From positions 1 to 47,891 of IMG/VR virus record IMGVR_UViG_3300008255_000018: a stretch of DNA of 47,891 nt; one strand, written 5' to 3'. Under the pieces are notes generated by a model. The model was not told the DNA's origin, made no database searches, and was given only the letters and a program-made list of their open reading frames with translations. This DNA comes from a virus (lineage: Duplodnaviria; Caudoviricetes). Position numbers and translations under genes: made by a program. Numbering within the stretch: position 1 is the first letter of the stretch; each line of letters opens with the position of its first letter. Below, piece by piece: positions 1 to 8,407 of the stretch.

Positions 1-123
1 CCGCACATAGCTCGCGCGCTCTCCAATCTCTCGCCACCATGGCCGGTGATACACGAGAAGGTGGTTTGCATCGTTGGCGATCTGGCTTGCGCCTCGCGCG
101 TCCGCGAAGGTCGGCACCTTGCC
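1..123. repeat. Terminal direct repeat (identical to 47769-47891); circular assembly overlap
   Basis: The first 123 nt match the last 123 nt, and the DnaB reading frame continues through the junction. Confidence 0.95.
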
Positions 124-1359
124 CAGCTGCAAGAAGTTTTTTTCCGCCTCGCGCCCAAACTGAAACGGTATCCAGATTGGAATTTTACAGTCCTTGCTGA
201 TCGCGTTCAGGCGTTGAGAGACGCCAGCCACGCGGCTGAAATCGTCACTGTCTACCTTGCTGTTCCCGGTGCGGAAGGCCTGGAGATAGTCGGCCACGGC
301 CAGCAGCTTGCTGGGGTCATGGCCCTGTACCTCCAGCTGGAGCTGGCGAGCTTTGACCTGTGCCTCGTAGTCGCGCGCCACCGGCAGGCCTTGGCTGGTG
401 ATGCGCACCAGGCTCGTCCTGTATCGCTCGCGGCTCGCGGCCACGGCCTCGCGCCATGCGGGCAGCCGGTCCAGATCGCCCAGTTGGAACGCATCGGCCT
501 CGCGCCTCGCGCTTGTGTCGCGCTCCAGGCGGCGCGCGGCCTGGTAGCGCTTCAAGTCCACCGAAGAATCCCAGCTCACCAGGCGGCTGAATACCTCCTC
601 GGGCCCCATTTCACAGGACAAGAACTCGACGGCCCAGCCGTTGCGCATGGCCATGTGTGCGGCCAGCGCCACGGCCAGGGTGGTCTTACCCATCTTGCTC
701 AGGCCGCCGCAGTAGTAAGAGCGCCCGGAGTACAGGCCGCCGTCCAGCATCCGATCCAGACCAGCGATCCCGGTGGAGGCTCCACCCCCACCTGGTTCAA
801 TCGCGGCGTCAAGGTACGCGTCCCAGCTGCTCACCAGATCCTCGCCACCCTTGACCAGGCGCTGGGCGCTGGGGGGTGCGCAGTCCAGCGCAATCTTGCC
901 CAGCAGCTGGGGCAGCTGGTCGGCCTGGGTGGTGTCTTCATAAAGGCTATCTACCACCTTGGTGAGCGAGGCGATTGCGAGGCGCTGCCCCGCGTCGTTG
1001 GCCACTATCCTCGCGTAATACTCGGCGCTGTACAGGTTCGGTATCTGCGCGCCCATAGTCTCCAGGTGATAGTGGATTTTGCCGCCCGGCTCGATCATCT
1101 TGGCCTCGCCGCGCTGAATGAGCAGATCGCCCAGGGTGAGCGAATCCACCACCACCTCGCGCCCGTGCAGCTCCAGGATCGCGCGCCAGATAATCTTATG
1201 CGTCTCGCGGTAGAAGCTCTGGGCGTTCACCAGCTGGGCGATAGGTCCGATCAAGGCGTTCGAGGCGAGGGCGCACCCCAGGACCGCGCGCTCTGCCTCG
1301 TCGTTGTGGGGGGGCACCCTCACCACCACCTCGGGGCCGCCCTTATCCTGGGCGCTCAT
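1..1359 (-). CDS. dnaB: Replicative DNA helicase DnaB, N-terminal 453 codons (continues at 47768-47592; about 511 aa total)
   Basis: Manual translation, as it is absent from the ORF track: MSAQDKGGPEVVVRVPPHNDEAERAVLG..., Walker A GGLSKMGKTT (about 680-708), FLSCEM, Walker B VADYLQ, PIWIPFQFGR; ATG overlaps the initiator stop (ATGA). Confidence 0.93.
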   Translation of the reverse strand, partial: MSAQDKGGPEVVVRVPPHNDEAERAVLGCALASNALIGPIAQLVNAQSFYRETHKIIWRAILELHGREVVVDSLTLGDLLIQRGEAKMIEPGGKIHYHLETMGAQIPNLYSAEYYARIVANDAGQRLAIASLTKVVDSLYEDTTQADQLPQLLGKIALDCAPPSAQRLVKGGEDLVSSWDAYLDAAIEPGGGGASTGIAGLDRMLDGGLYSGRSYYCGGLSKMGKTTLAVALAAHMAMRNGWAVEFLSCEMGPEEVFSRLVSWDSSVDLKRYQAARRLERDTSARREADAFQLGDLDRLPAWREAVAASRERYRTSLVRITSQGLPVARDYEAQVKARQLQLEVQGHDPSKLLAVADYLQAFRTGNSKVDSDDFSRVAGVSQRLNAISKDCKIPIWIPFQFGREAEKNFLQLGKVPTFADARGASQIANDANHLLVYHRPWWREIGERASYVR

Positions 1360-2381
1360 TGGGCCACCTCACACAGCTGGGCCAGCTCGCGCTCGGCCTG
1401 GGCCACCAGTTCGCGGCGCCGCGCATCGATGCGCGCGCGCTCGGCCTGGGCCTCCACCTTTGCCGCGAGGGCTGGGGGGGTCTCCAGCGCCTCGCGTTCC
1501 CAGCTCGCGGCGCGCTCGTCTTGGCGTCGGCGCCAGGCCTCCAGGTCCACAGGCGGCGCCTCCACCTTGCGCTCGTCCTCGACGCGCTCCGTGGCGCCCA
1601 GCTCCACATGCACGCTGCTGGCCAGGTACAGGGTGAGCGCTCCAGCCTCCAGCGCGTCTCGCTCCAGCTTGGCGATCATCCCGTAATCGCTCATGCGCGA
1701 GCTGCCCAGGTCGTCCAGCGCATCCTCCAGGTATGCGATCAGCTGGGCAGGGTCAGCTGCTGGGGCCGCCGCGCCCAGGCGCCTCGCCACGTCCAGGCAT
1801 CTTGTCCAGCTGATCCGCCGGTTGTGCCTCGCCAGCTCGCCCTTCAACGCCTGGGCCACCACAGCAGCTGCGTCTGGGGCGTCCGGCTGCTGAACGACGG
1901 CGCGCGCGCTCTCTCTCTCTTTAGGTTCTGATTTAGGTAATGAGTTAGGTAGGGGCTCAGGGTGAGACCCCCCAGGTGTCACAGTGAGACCCCTGGGGCT
2001 CATGGTGAGACGGGTGTCATTCTGCGACCCGTCGCACGGTGAGACGGGTGTCAGGGTGAGACGGGTGTCAGGGTGAGACGGGTGGGGGGTCTGGAGCTGG
2101 TAGTGGGTGGCGCGCCCCTTGTGCCCTGGGGTGCGCCTCACCCAGCCCAGCTCGCCCAGCTTGTCCAGGCGCCGGAGCAAGGTGGCGCGCGACACCTTCG
2201 CGCGCTCCTGGAGGGTGGCCAGGGTGGGGCGGCAGTTGGCCCCGGTCTCGTAGTCCGCGAAGCTGCCCAGGTGCATGAGCAGAATCGCGCTTGCGGGGTC
2301 CAGCTCGGCGCTCAGGACCGACAGCACCCAGCAGCTGAACCAGTTTGGGCCTGTGACGGCGACGGCGTTGTCTCGTTGCAT
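1356..2381 (-). CDS. Phage replication initiator (lambda O-like, N-terminal winged HTH)
   Basis: CRPTLATLQERAKVSRATLLRRLDKLGELGWVRR wHTH; internal iteron repeats; directly upstream of dnaB. Confidence 0.8.
   Translation of the reverse strand: MQRDNAVAVTGPNWFSCWVLSVLSAELDPASAILLMHLGSFADYETGANCRPTLATLQERAKVSRATLLRRLDKLGELGWVRRTPGHKGRATHYQLQTPHPSHPDTRLTLTPVSPCDGSQNDTRLTMSPRGLTVTPGGSHPEPLPNSLPKSEPKERESARAVVQQPDAPDAAAVVAQALKGELARHNRRISWTRCLDVARRLGAAAPAADPAQLIAYLEDALDDLGSSRMSDYGMIAKLERDALEAGALTLYLASSVHVELGATERVEDERKVEAPPVDLEAWRRRQDERAASWEREALETPPALAAKVEAQAERARIDARRRELVAQAERELAQLCEVAQ
1919..2079. repeat. Putative replication origin: 7 quasi-palindromic iterons plus an AT-rich unwinding element
   Basis: G(T/G)(G/C)TCA-N3-TGAGAC-like 15-mers at 1954, 1976, 1997, 2014, 2031, 2048 and 2065; TTAGGT x3 at a 12-bp period (1921, 1933, 1945); located inside the initiator gene as in lambda. 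Confidence 0.8.
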
Positions 2382-2434
2382 ATGTTGACTTTCCGTTGTT
2401 TGGCGCTTATATATTCAAGCGTCCGTTGCATTTA

Positions 2435-2468
2435 AGCGCGCGCTGGGGCTCCACCCCCAGCGCGCGCT
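2435..2468. terminator. GC-rich hairpin between the HTH regulator and the initiator (terminator or attenuator candidate)
   Basis: AGCGCGCGCTGGGG-ctccac-CCCCAGCGCGCGCT, 14-bp stem; only a short T run follows. Confidence 0.4.
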
Positions 2469-2480
2469 GCTCGTTTATCC

Positions 2481-2939
2481 CTAAGCAGCGCGCGCGAGCT
2501 GGGCGAGGTAGGTGGGCAGCTGCTCCACCTCGACCGCGCCACAAAAAATATCCTCCATGTGCAGGCCTGGATACCGCGCCGCCCAGAAGGCCCACAGGGC
2601 GCGCGCGGTGGTCAGGTCTGGATTGACTCGCCCGCTCTCGTACTCGGTCATGCGAGTGAGGGTCAGCCCGGCCTCGTGCGCCACGTCTTGCGAGCGCAGC
2701 TGGGCGTCCACCCTGAGCCCTCGCAAGATTCTGCTTGGGTGCGCTGGCCCCAGGCGCTCGCGCTCGGCCAGCGCCTGGTCAAACTTGCTCGCGCTCTCCT
2801 CGTCGATGGGCTCACCCTGGAGCGCGGCGGTCAGGGGCGCCGCCTTCGCGCGGAGCAGCCGCCGCAGGGTCACAGGATCGCCGCCCAGCTCCACCACCCA
2901 GGCGCCCAGCAGCTTTTTTCTTTGCTTGTCCGTGTACAT
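2481..2939 (-). CDS. XRE-family HTH transcriptional regulator (Cro-like position)
   Basis: LRGLRVDAQLRSQDVAHEAGLTLTRMTEYESGRVNPDLTTARAL; start MYTDK with AGAGGTG RBS. Confidence 0.8.
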   Translation of the reverse strand: MYTDKQRKKLLGAWVVELGGDPVTLRRLLRAKAAPLTAALQGEPIDEESASKFDQALAERERLGPAHPSRILRGLRVDAQLRSQDVAHEAGLTLTRMTEYESGRVNPDLTTARALWAFWAARYPGLHMEDIFCGAVEVEQLPTYLAQLARAA

Positions 2940-2992
2940 ATTCACCTCTATACCGCTTGTTATAAGGACGAGCCCTGGTGGGCTCACCGTGA

Positions 2993-3021
2993 AACCTACT
3001 TACAGCGTTGTCTTTTGGCAA
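2993..3021 (-). promoter_or_regulatory. Leftward sigma70-like promoter for the regulator/replication operon
   Basis: TTGCCA-N17-TAGGTT on the minus strand; same -10 as the promoter at 46631-46659. Confidence 0.6.
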
Positions 3022-3064
3022 CCCCAAAAGACAACGCACCTCAAAATACTTTTTAGCGTTGTCT
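3005..3064. promoter_or_regulatory. Operator-like inverted repeat plus a third half-site
   Basis: GCGTTGTCTTTTGG-caacc-CCAAAAGACAACGC (3005-3037) and AGCGTTGTCT (3055-3064), overlapping or abutting the two divergent -35 boxes. Confidence 0.65.
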
Positions 3065-3065
3065 C

Positions 3066-3093
3066 TTGACAGGGTGATGAACGCTGCTACTCT
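3066..3093 (+). promoter_or_regulatory. Rightward early promoter
   Basis: TTGACA-N16-TACTCT with extended TG and an AT-rich upstream tract. Confidence 0.6.
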
Positions 3094-3147
3094 CATGGTC
3101 AGCGCATCGATGCGCTGACCCCACACCCACACCCTGGAGACCCCACC

Positions 3148-3438
3148 ATGTACGAGTTTAAGGTTCTGACCGCAGACGACTTCTATTTGTTCGCCGCGCC
3201 CTGCCCTCTCGATGCGCTGTGCGGCGCCCAGCTCTCTCTCGCGCGCTGCGGCCTCCACCTGAGCGCCGCGCAGGTGGTAGGGCTGGAGCTGTCAGGGCAC
3301 CGCGCCACCCAGAGCCAGGAGGGAGTGTGGTCTGGCCTGTACTATCAAGCCCAGATCCACCCAGAGCGCGAGGCTTTCCGCGCGCTCCTGGTGGAGCTGG
3401 AGGTGGACCCCGATCTGAGCTTACCCCGCGCGGCTTGA
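3148..3438 (+). CDS. Hypothetical early protein
   Basis: ATG with CACCCTGGAG RBS; first gene after the promoter. Confidence 0.7.
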   Translation: MYEFKVLTADDFYLFAAPCPLDALCGAQLSLARCGLHLSAAQVVGLELSGHRATQSQEGVWSGLYYQAQIHPEREAFRALLVELEVDPDLSLPRAA

Positions 3439-3495
3439 CCACCACACAGGGGCGCCCAGGCTGGGCGCCCCTTCACCCCCAACGACGAGGCTAAG

Positions 3496-3822
3496 ATGAA
3501 ACGAGACCTGACACCCAACGTCCCCCTGAGCGCCACCGAGGCCGAGGCCCTGAACATCTTGCGCCAGGCATACCCCAGCGCAGGATGGGAATTGCTGGCC
3601 AAGCCCCACCCCCAGGCCTGTGCCCTGTTCCTGGCGCTCCACCCCCCAGCTGGCGATACCCTGGGCTGGTTCGTTCGCCAGGACGGCACAGGCTGGGCCA
3701 CCATGGTGGTCTGGGGTGAGCAGCTGGATATGGAGGACGCGAGCGCGCTGGGCGACGTCCAGGCCCTTGTGGCCCTCGCCCCCCTGGTGGCGCGCCCAGT
3801 GCGGGGGGGTGCGCGATGCTGA
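3496..3822 (+). CDS. Hypothetical early protein
   Basis: GAGG RBS; preceded by a hairpin; overlaps the next gene. Confidence 0.7.
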   Translation: MKRDLTPNVPLSATEAEALNILRQAYPSAGWELLAKPHPQACALFLALHPPAGDTLGWFVRQDGTGWATMVVWGEQLDMEDASALGDVQALVALAPLVARPVRGGARC

Positions 3823-4307
3823 CCACGCCCCAAGCTGGCGACGAGATCGCCACCCACCCAGCCCATCTCTCCCACGTCCTGCCCGTCCTCACCTGTGTGG
3901 GCGAGCTGGCCGTGGTTTACCACCGCGATGCGCCTGGGGCTGGGCCTGGACGCCTTATTCTGTGGCGCGCCCTCGACGGCCTCTGGTCCGCGAAGGTGGC
4001 CTGTGACTTCGCGGACCAGCCCCAGAACGCCGACATGGTCCACCGCGCCCAGGTCTGGGTGGAGCGCGAGCTGGCCACCCAGGCCAGCAGCTGGGGCGCC
4101 GAGCATGAGGGGCAATTCCGCCTGATCTATTGCAAGCCCCACGACGGCCACCCAGCTCACTGGCGAGGCGCCCACCTGGACGAGCAGGGGCACGCGCGCC
4201 TGTTTACCTGGCCGAAGGACACCGCCGCCGCCGCGCTCCAGGCCCTTGAGAATTGCGCCGACGTTGTCGAGGTGAGCGATATGGTCGCCGCCGAGCTGAA
4301 CCTCTGA
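3816..4307 (+). CDS. Hypothetical early protein
   Basis: Overlaps the upstream gene; protein-like composition. Confidence 0.7.
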   Translation: MLTTPQAGDEIATHPAHLSHVLPVLTCVGELAVVYHRDAPGAGPGRLILWRALDGLWSAKVACDFADQPQNADMVHRAQVWVERELATQASSWGAEHEGQFRLIYCKPHDGHPAHWRGAHLDEQGHARLFTWPKDTAAAALQALENCADVVEVSDMVAAELNL

Positions 4308-4375
4308 CCCCCAGCAGCTGGGCGCACAGGCGCCCAGCTGCTCCACCCATCCCCACCCTGGAGTACCTGACCATG
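4304..4375 (+). repeat. 72-bp intergenic element (stop - hairpin - RBS - ATG), copy A
   Basis: Matches the reverse complement of 45300-45371 except for the 4-nt loop. Confidence 0.9.
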
Positions 4376-4717
4376 GCCACCGCCCCCGATGCGCGCGCCG
4401 ACTTGCTCGACACCTTGCTGACCTCGTGGCTGGAGGCCCAGCGCGCCGCCCAGACCCCGCGCGAATACCTCAAAGAACGCGCGCTCCACCCTGACACCAC
4501 CCACCTGTATGACGAGGCCCTGGTGGCGCTCAGGTCTGGCAACCGCGAGGAAGCGCGCCGCCTCCTGAGCAGCGCCACCACCGCGCGCCAGATATGGGAG
4601 ACCTTCCCCAGCATCTTCGGTGAGCAGCCGCCGCGCGGGTACCGCAAGGTGCGCGGCTGGATACAGAACAAGCCCAGCACCCACCGCACTACCAGCACCC
4701 TGGAGACCTCGCCATGA
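4373..4717 (+). CDS. Hypothetical early protein (MATAPDAR...)
   Basis: Start defined by the repeated CTGGAGTACCTGACCATG element; ATGA overlap with the next gene. Confidence 0.7.
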   Translation: MATAPDARADLLDTLLTSWLEAQRAAQTPREYLKERALHPDTTHLYDEALVALRSGNREEARRLLSSATTARQIWETFPSIFGEQPPRGYRKVRGWIQNKPSTHRTTSTLETSP

Positions 4718-5016
4718 CCGAACAGCCCCGCATCTCTCGCCACCCTGCCCAGGCCCTGCGCGTCCAGCGCGATGCCGCTGGGGTGCCTGTGTCCTGTGAG
4801 CCTTCGCGCCGGGCGCCTGTGCCCGAGCAGACGCTTCGGGACGTGACGCGCACGCCTCGCCCCTCGCCCAGCTCGCGCCTGACACAAGCCGAGCTGCTGG
4901 TGGCCTCCAGCGCGCTCACCCTGCCCAGCACCACCAGGCCCTCCACCCTGGGGCGCTTGATCAAAGCCCTGAGCGCAGGCGCGCGCGCTGCCCTCGCCAC
5001 CTGGAGGGCGAGCTAA
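4714..5016 (+). CDS. Hypothetical early protein
   Basis: CACCCTGGAG RBS; coupled at both ends (ATGA, TAATG). Confidence 0.55.
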   Translation: MTEQPRISRHPAQALRVQRDAAGVPVSCEPSRRAPVPEQTLRDVTRTPRPSPSSRLTQAELLVASSALTLPSTTRPSTLGRLIKALSAGARAALATWRAS

Positions 5017-6050
5017 TGGCCAGCGCCGACACCTCCGAGGCGTACAAGCTGGATCTCGGCTTGACCACCACCCAGCTCACCCATGAGCAGCTGCGGCTTG
5101 CCCAGCTGCTGGGCCACTCGGTGGAGCGCGTCGCGGTGGAGCATGGCGCCGAGCTGGAGCTGGTGGTGGACCGCGCGCAAGAAGAGGGCCTGACCTTGCC
5201 CAGGCTCTGGCGCCAAGCGCGCGCCACCCACCCCCAGATGATCCTCGCCATGCGCGCCTGGTATGACGGCGCCTCGCTCTCCGCCGCTGCGGCGGCTCAG
5301 GGTCTCTCGCTCTCTGGGCTCAGGGCCTCGGTGATCCGCGCAGGGTGGAGCGCCCAGGCGATGCGCAGGCGCGCGCGCGCCGCCGTGAAGCAAGGGAACA
5401 GCGCGCGCACCAGGGGCCAGCGCGAGCAGCGGCGCAAGGTGGCCACCAGGCTGCTGGCCAAAGGCGGCGGCGAGGTGGAGCTGGCCCAGCTCGCGCGCGC
5501 TCTCAAGCTCAAACCTGAAACCGCCAGGCGCCTGGCCAACCGTGAAGGGTGGCCCCTGGTGGGGCGACGCCTGGGCCTGTACAAGGACGCGCTGGAGCTG
5601 GTGGAGGCCACCCAGGCCCTGCCCCCTGAGCAGCGCCCGAAGGTGCCCCAGCTATCCGAGCAGCTGGGCCTGTCGGCCAGCGTGGTGCGCCAGGCCCTGG
5701 TGGCGCTGGGCTGCTCCTGGCGCGCTGACCTCCAGGATGCCAAGGCGGCGCGCGCGCGCGAGCTGCTGGCCAGTGACCCCCTCATCTCGCCTTATCGCCT
5801 CGCCACCCAGCTCGGCCTTGACTACGGCGACATGAAACGATGGGCCGAGGTCTGGGGTCTCAAGCTCGCCACCCCAGCCGAGCGCGCACAGGCCAAGCTG
5901 GTGGAGGTCAGGGCCTACCTTCTCGCCCACCCCAGCGCATCGATGCGCGAGGTGCGCAAGGCCTGCGGTGTGAGCTTGGATCGGCTCAGGGACTGGGCGC
6001 TAGATGGGCAGCTCGTGCCCACCTGGCGCCCAGCTCGCGCTCACAGGTGA
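5016..6050 (+). CDS. Multi-HTH DNA-binding protein
   Basis: Several HTH-like segments: SLSAAAAAQGLSLSGL, ELAQLARALKLKPETARR, KVPQLSEQLGLSASVVR, SPYRLATQLGLDYGDMKRW, SMREVRKACGVSLDRLRDW. Confidence 0.65.
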   Translation: MASADTSEAYKLDLGLTTTQLTHEQLRLAQLLGHSVERVAVEHGAELELVVDRAQEEGLTLPRLWRQARATHPQMILAMRAWYDGASLSAAAAAQGLSLSGLRASVIRAGWSAQAMRRRARAAVKQGNSARTRGQREQRRKVATRLLAKGGGEVELAQLARALKLKPETARRLANREGWPLVGRRLGLYKDALELVEATQALPPEQRPKVPQLSEQLGLSASVVRQALVALGCSWRADLQDAKAARARELLASDPLISPYRLATQLGLDYGDMKRWAEVWGLKLATPAERAQAKLVEVRAYLLAHPSASMREVRKACGVSLDRLRDWALDGQLVPTWRPARAHR

Positions 6051-6078
6051 GGCGCCCAGCTCCAGCCCCACCGAGATG

Positions 6079-6121
6079 CACAAAGCCCCTCGCCAAGTAT
6101 CTGGCGAGGGGCTTTGTGTTT
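6079..6121 (+). terminator. Intrinsic terminator at the convergence of early (+) and late (-) transcription
   Basis: 17-bp stem CACAAAGCCCCTCGCCA / TGGCGAGGGGCTTTGTG followed by TTT. Confidence 0.75.
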
Positions 6122-6285
6122 GGGGAGAACATCAACCATGGCGGGCGGCGGTTGGGTCGTCTGCCCACCCCAGCTTCACCGCCGCCTGGAGGTGCTGGGC
6201 TGACTGCGCCGCGAGGGCCAGCGCATCGACTCAGGCCACCTTATAGCGGCCTCTCGTCCCCAGCAAGCTTCGTTCTCGTCGGCAC

Positions 6286-7095
6286 TTACGGCACAGGCAC
6301 CCTGATCGTGGTGCCCAGCGCGCGCCCATCCTCGCCCAGGCGATAAAGCCTGTATTGGTAGGCACCATTCACAGGCTCGGTGGTCTGGCCACCGTCGGCG
6401 GCGATGCCCACCCCAGGCTTATCTGTCCACTCGCCTCGCCTGTGCATGTGACCAAACAGGACAAGCCCCACCTCCCGGCGCCCCAGCAGCTCCAGCAGCT
6501 GGGCGCTGTCGTCCATATCCATGGTCAGATCGCGCGAGAAGGGGTGGTGGTGAAGTACCACCACCACAGGCCCAGGCTCGGCCAGCTCCAGCTCCAGGCG
6601 CGCGAGCTGCCCCAGCCCCAGCTCACCCCTGGCGAGGGTCACCAGCTCGCCCTCCTGGCCCTCGCATGAGTCCAGGAGGATGAAGCGCCACCCACCGAAG
6701 CGCGCCACCTGGGGCCACCTCGGGGCGAGGGGGCGCGCGCTCGACGCGCGCCACAGGTGGTTAAAGGCTGCTCGGCGCTCGGCGCGCCACAGCAGCCCCA
6801 GGGGGCCGCAGTCGTGGTTACCAGGCACCACCAGCACCTGGAAGCCCGCGACGCGCAGCCGCAGCAGCTGGCGCGCACAGGCCTTGATCTCGGAAGCGCC
6901 CCCGTTGTGGGTGAGGTCGCCAGATATGACAATCGCGGTGGAGTGTGGCGCGAGCTGGGCCAGGGCATGATCCACCAGGGTGGTCAGCGCACCCTCGCGC
7001 GCGCGCTCTCCGACGTGAAGGTCTGTCCAGTGGGCCACCGACAGATTGCCCAGGGGGGTGCTGGGTGGAGGGGCTGGGTGATAGGTCAGGGTCAC
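6286..7095 (-). CDS. Calcineurin-like metallophosphoesterase (Icc/CpdA-like)
   Basis: Motifs TDLH, SGDLT, PGNHD, LHHHP, FGHMH. Confidence 0.9.
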   Translation of the reverse strand: MTLTYHPAPPPSTPLGNLSVAHWTDLHVGERAREGALTTLVDHALAQLAPHSTAIVISGDLTHNGGASEIKACARQLLRLRVAGFQVLVVPGNHDCGPLGLLWRAERRAAFNHLWRASSARPLAPRWPQVARFGGWRFILLDSCEGQEGELVTLARGELGLGQLARLELELAEPGPVVVVLHHHPFSRDLTMDMDDSAQLLELLGRREVGLVLFGHMHRRGEWTDKPGVGIAADGGQTTEPVNGAYQYRLYRLGEDGRALGTTIRVPVP

Positions 7096-7583
7096 TTGAC
7101 CACCTCCACCACGTCCGAATCACTACCGCCCAGCTCGTCCCCATGCTCGCGCAGGCGGCTCTTGAGCAGCCCGTTCTGCTTGATCAGCTCTTTATTCTGC
7201 TGGCCCAGCAGCGCCATAACCTCGCGCGTCTGGGCCTCGCTCGTCTCCAGCGCCTTGACTCTGGCCAGCGCATCGCCCAGCTTCTGCTCGGCCTTCACCA
7301 GCTTTTCTTCGGCCTCAACGAGGTCGCGCGTCGCGTCCGTGCGCGCCTGGCGCTCCTCGTAATAGGCGTCGCGAGTTTCCTTCACGACGATCATCGCCTC
7401 GTCATGCTCTTTCTGCATCCGCTCCACCTCGCGGATCAGCCGGTCCTCAAACCTGGCGATCCGATCGGCTTCCTTCTCCTTGCGCTGGGCCGCCCAGGCC
7501 CAGACTCCGCCCATGCCTCCACCACCCAGCACCAGGGTGGCGAGGTGAGATATTAAGCTGTCGTCCATGGTGTTCTCTTTCAT
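7092..7583 (-). CDS. Membrane-anchored coiled-coil lysis protein (holin- or spanin-like)
   Basis: N-terminal TM segment LATLVLGGGGMGGVWAWA then a long coiled coil; adjacent to the endolysin; start uncertain (7568-7613). Confidence 0.5.
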   Translation of the reverse strand: MKENTMDDSLISHLATLVLGGGGMGGVWAWAAQRKEKEADRIARFEDRLIREVERMQKEHDEAMIVVKETRDAYYEERQARTDATRDLVEAEEKLVKAEQKLGDALARVKALETSEAQTREVMALLGQQNKELIKQNGLLKSRLREHGDELGGSDSDVVEVVK

Positions 7584-7664
7584 CGTCATCTCCAGCAGCT
7601 GGGGGCGCGTCACCCCCGCGCGCCGGAGGGGGTTAGGGTTAAGGGGTCAGGGGTCAGGTACAGG

Positions 7665-8345
7665 TCAAAGCACAAGGCGCGCGGCGTACAGGGGCCGCGC
7701 GCCATCGATGCGCACAAGGTCAGGTCCGAACAGGCGCGAGGTCACACCGTCCAGGCCTGGGGTCAGATCCGCGTTGCCCTCCACCGTGGCGATGCGCGAG
7801 CCCTCGCGCGCCACCACAATGCCCACATGCCCGTAAGGGCTGGGCCTCGTCTTGCTCTCCCAGGCCACCAGATCGCCAGGCCTCACCTCACCCAGAGGCA
7901 CCTTGACCTTGAGCTCGTCGCGCACCAGGCGACGCGCGCCGCCCACCTTCTGGAACGTCGCGCCCTGGGTGCGCGCCCAGGCGTCCAGCGCCCAGCTGGA
8001 GAAGAACGCGCACCAGGCGCCCCGGTCCACCGAGGTGCTGGCGCGCGCGGTCATGCGACAATACTTGTTCACCCAGGCGCCTCGGTTGTTCGCGGCGGCC
8101 CCTGGGTGGGGCGCTACCTCGGCGGCGCCGGCCAGCAGCTCGCCCAGCGCCACCTTGCCCAGGCCGTGCGCGCAGAGCGCCAGGATGGGGCGCGGGTCCA
8201 GGTACAGGGCGCTGCGCGTCTTCGGCCCCTCGCGCCCATCACAGACGAGCGCGCGCGCGCTGCTGGGCTCACTCCCCAGGCGCTGGATAATATCAAGGCC
8301 CTGCTCGGGCAGGGCCTCGCGGATCTCGGTGTAGGTCAGGATCAT
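7665..8345 (-). CDS. Endolysin, CHAP-domain amidase/peptidase
   Basis: AWCAFFSSW, PGDLVAW, GHVGIV, TVEGN; N-terminal DGxxGPxT peptidoglycan-binding-like motif. Confidence 0.85.
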   Translation of the reverse strand: MILTYTEIREALPEQGLDIIQRLGSEPSSARALVCDGREGPKTRSALYLDPRPILALCAHGLGKVALGELLAGAAEVAPHPGAAANNRGAWVNKYCRMTARASTSVDRGAWCAFFSSWALDAWARTQGATFQKVGGARRLVRDELKVKVPLGEVRPGDLVAWESKTRPSPYGHVGIVVAREGSRIATVEGNADLTPGLDGVTSRLFGPDLVRIDGARPLYAARLVL

Positions 8346-8407
8346 GGTCAGGCTCTCCAGCTGGGTGGCCGTGCAGCTGCACGGCCACCAGGTACAAGGT
8401 CAGCGCC

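Noticed and set aside
1-123. Terminal repeat as a biological direct terminal repeat
   Set aside because: It falls in the middle of dnaB and has the size of an assembler overlap; it indicates circularity only.
46-1686. 546-aa plus-strand ORF and other long antisense ORFs (e.g. 11490-13313, 25843-27231, 43488-45077)
   Set aside because: These are shadow frames of real minus-strand genes in high-GC DNA; they have no motifs or RBS.
1954-2079. Repeat array as a CRISPR, DGR or guide-RNA array
   Set aside because: Spacers are only 2-7 nt, the array is inside a coding gene, and no cas, reverse transcriptase or Nop-domain gene was recognised; iterons explain it.
3097-3120. Palindrome as a protelomerase telRL site
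   Set aside because: It is short and GC-rich, and no protelomerase-like gene was recognised.
6138-6203. 21-codon plus-strand ORF after the terminator
   Set aside because: It is too short and lies downstream of a terminator; a GGAGA RBS is the only support.
7628-7653. Telomere-like / G-quadruplex tracts (also about 20483, 33227, 35966, 39315)
   Set aside because: They reflect C-rich (ACCCC) spacers and Pro/Thr codons on the coding strand; there is no evidence of dedicated function.
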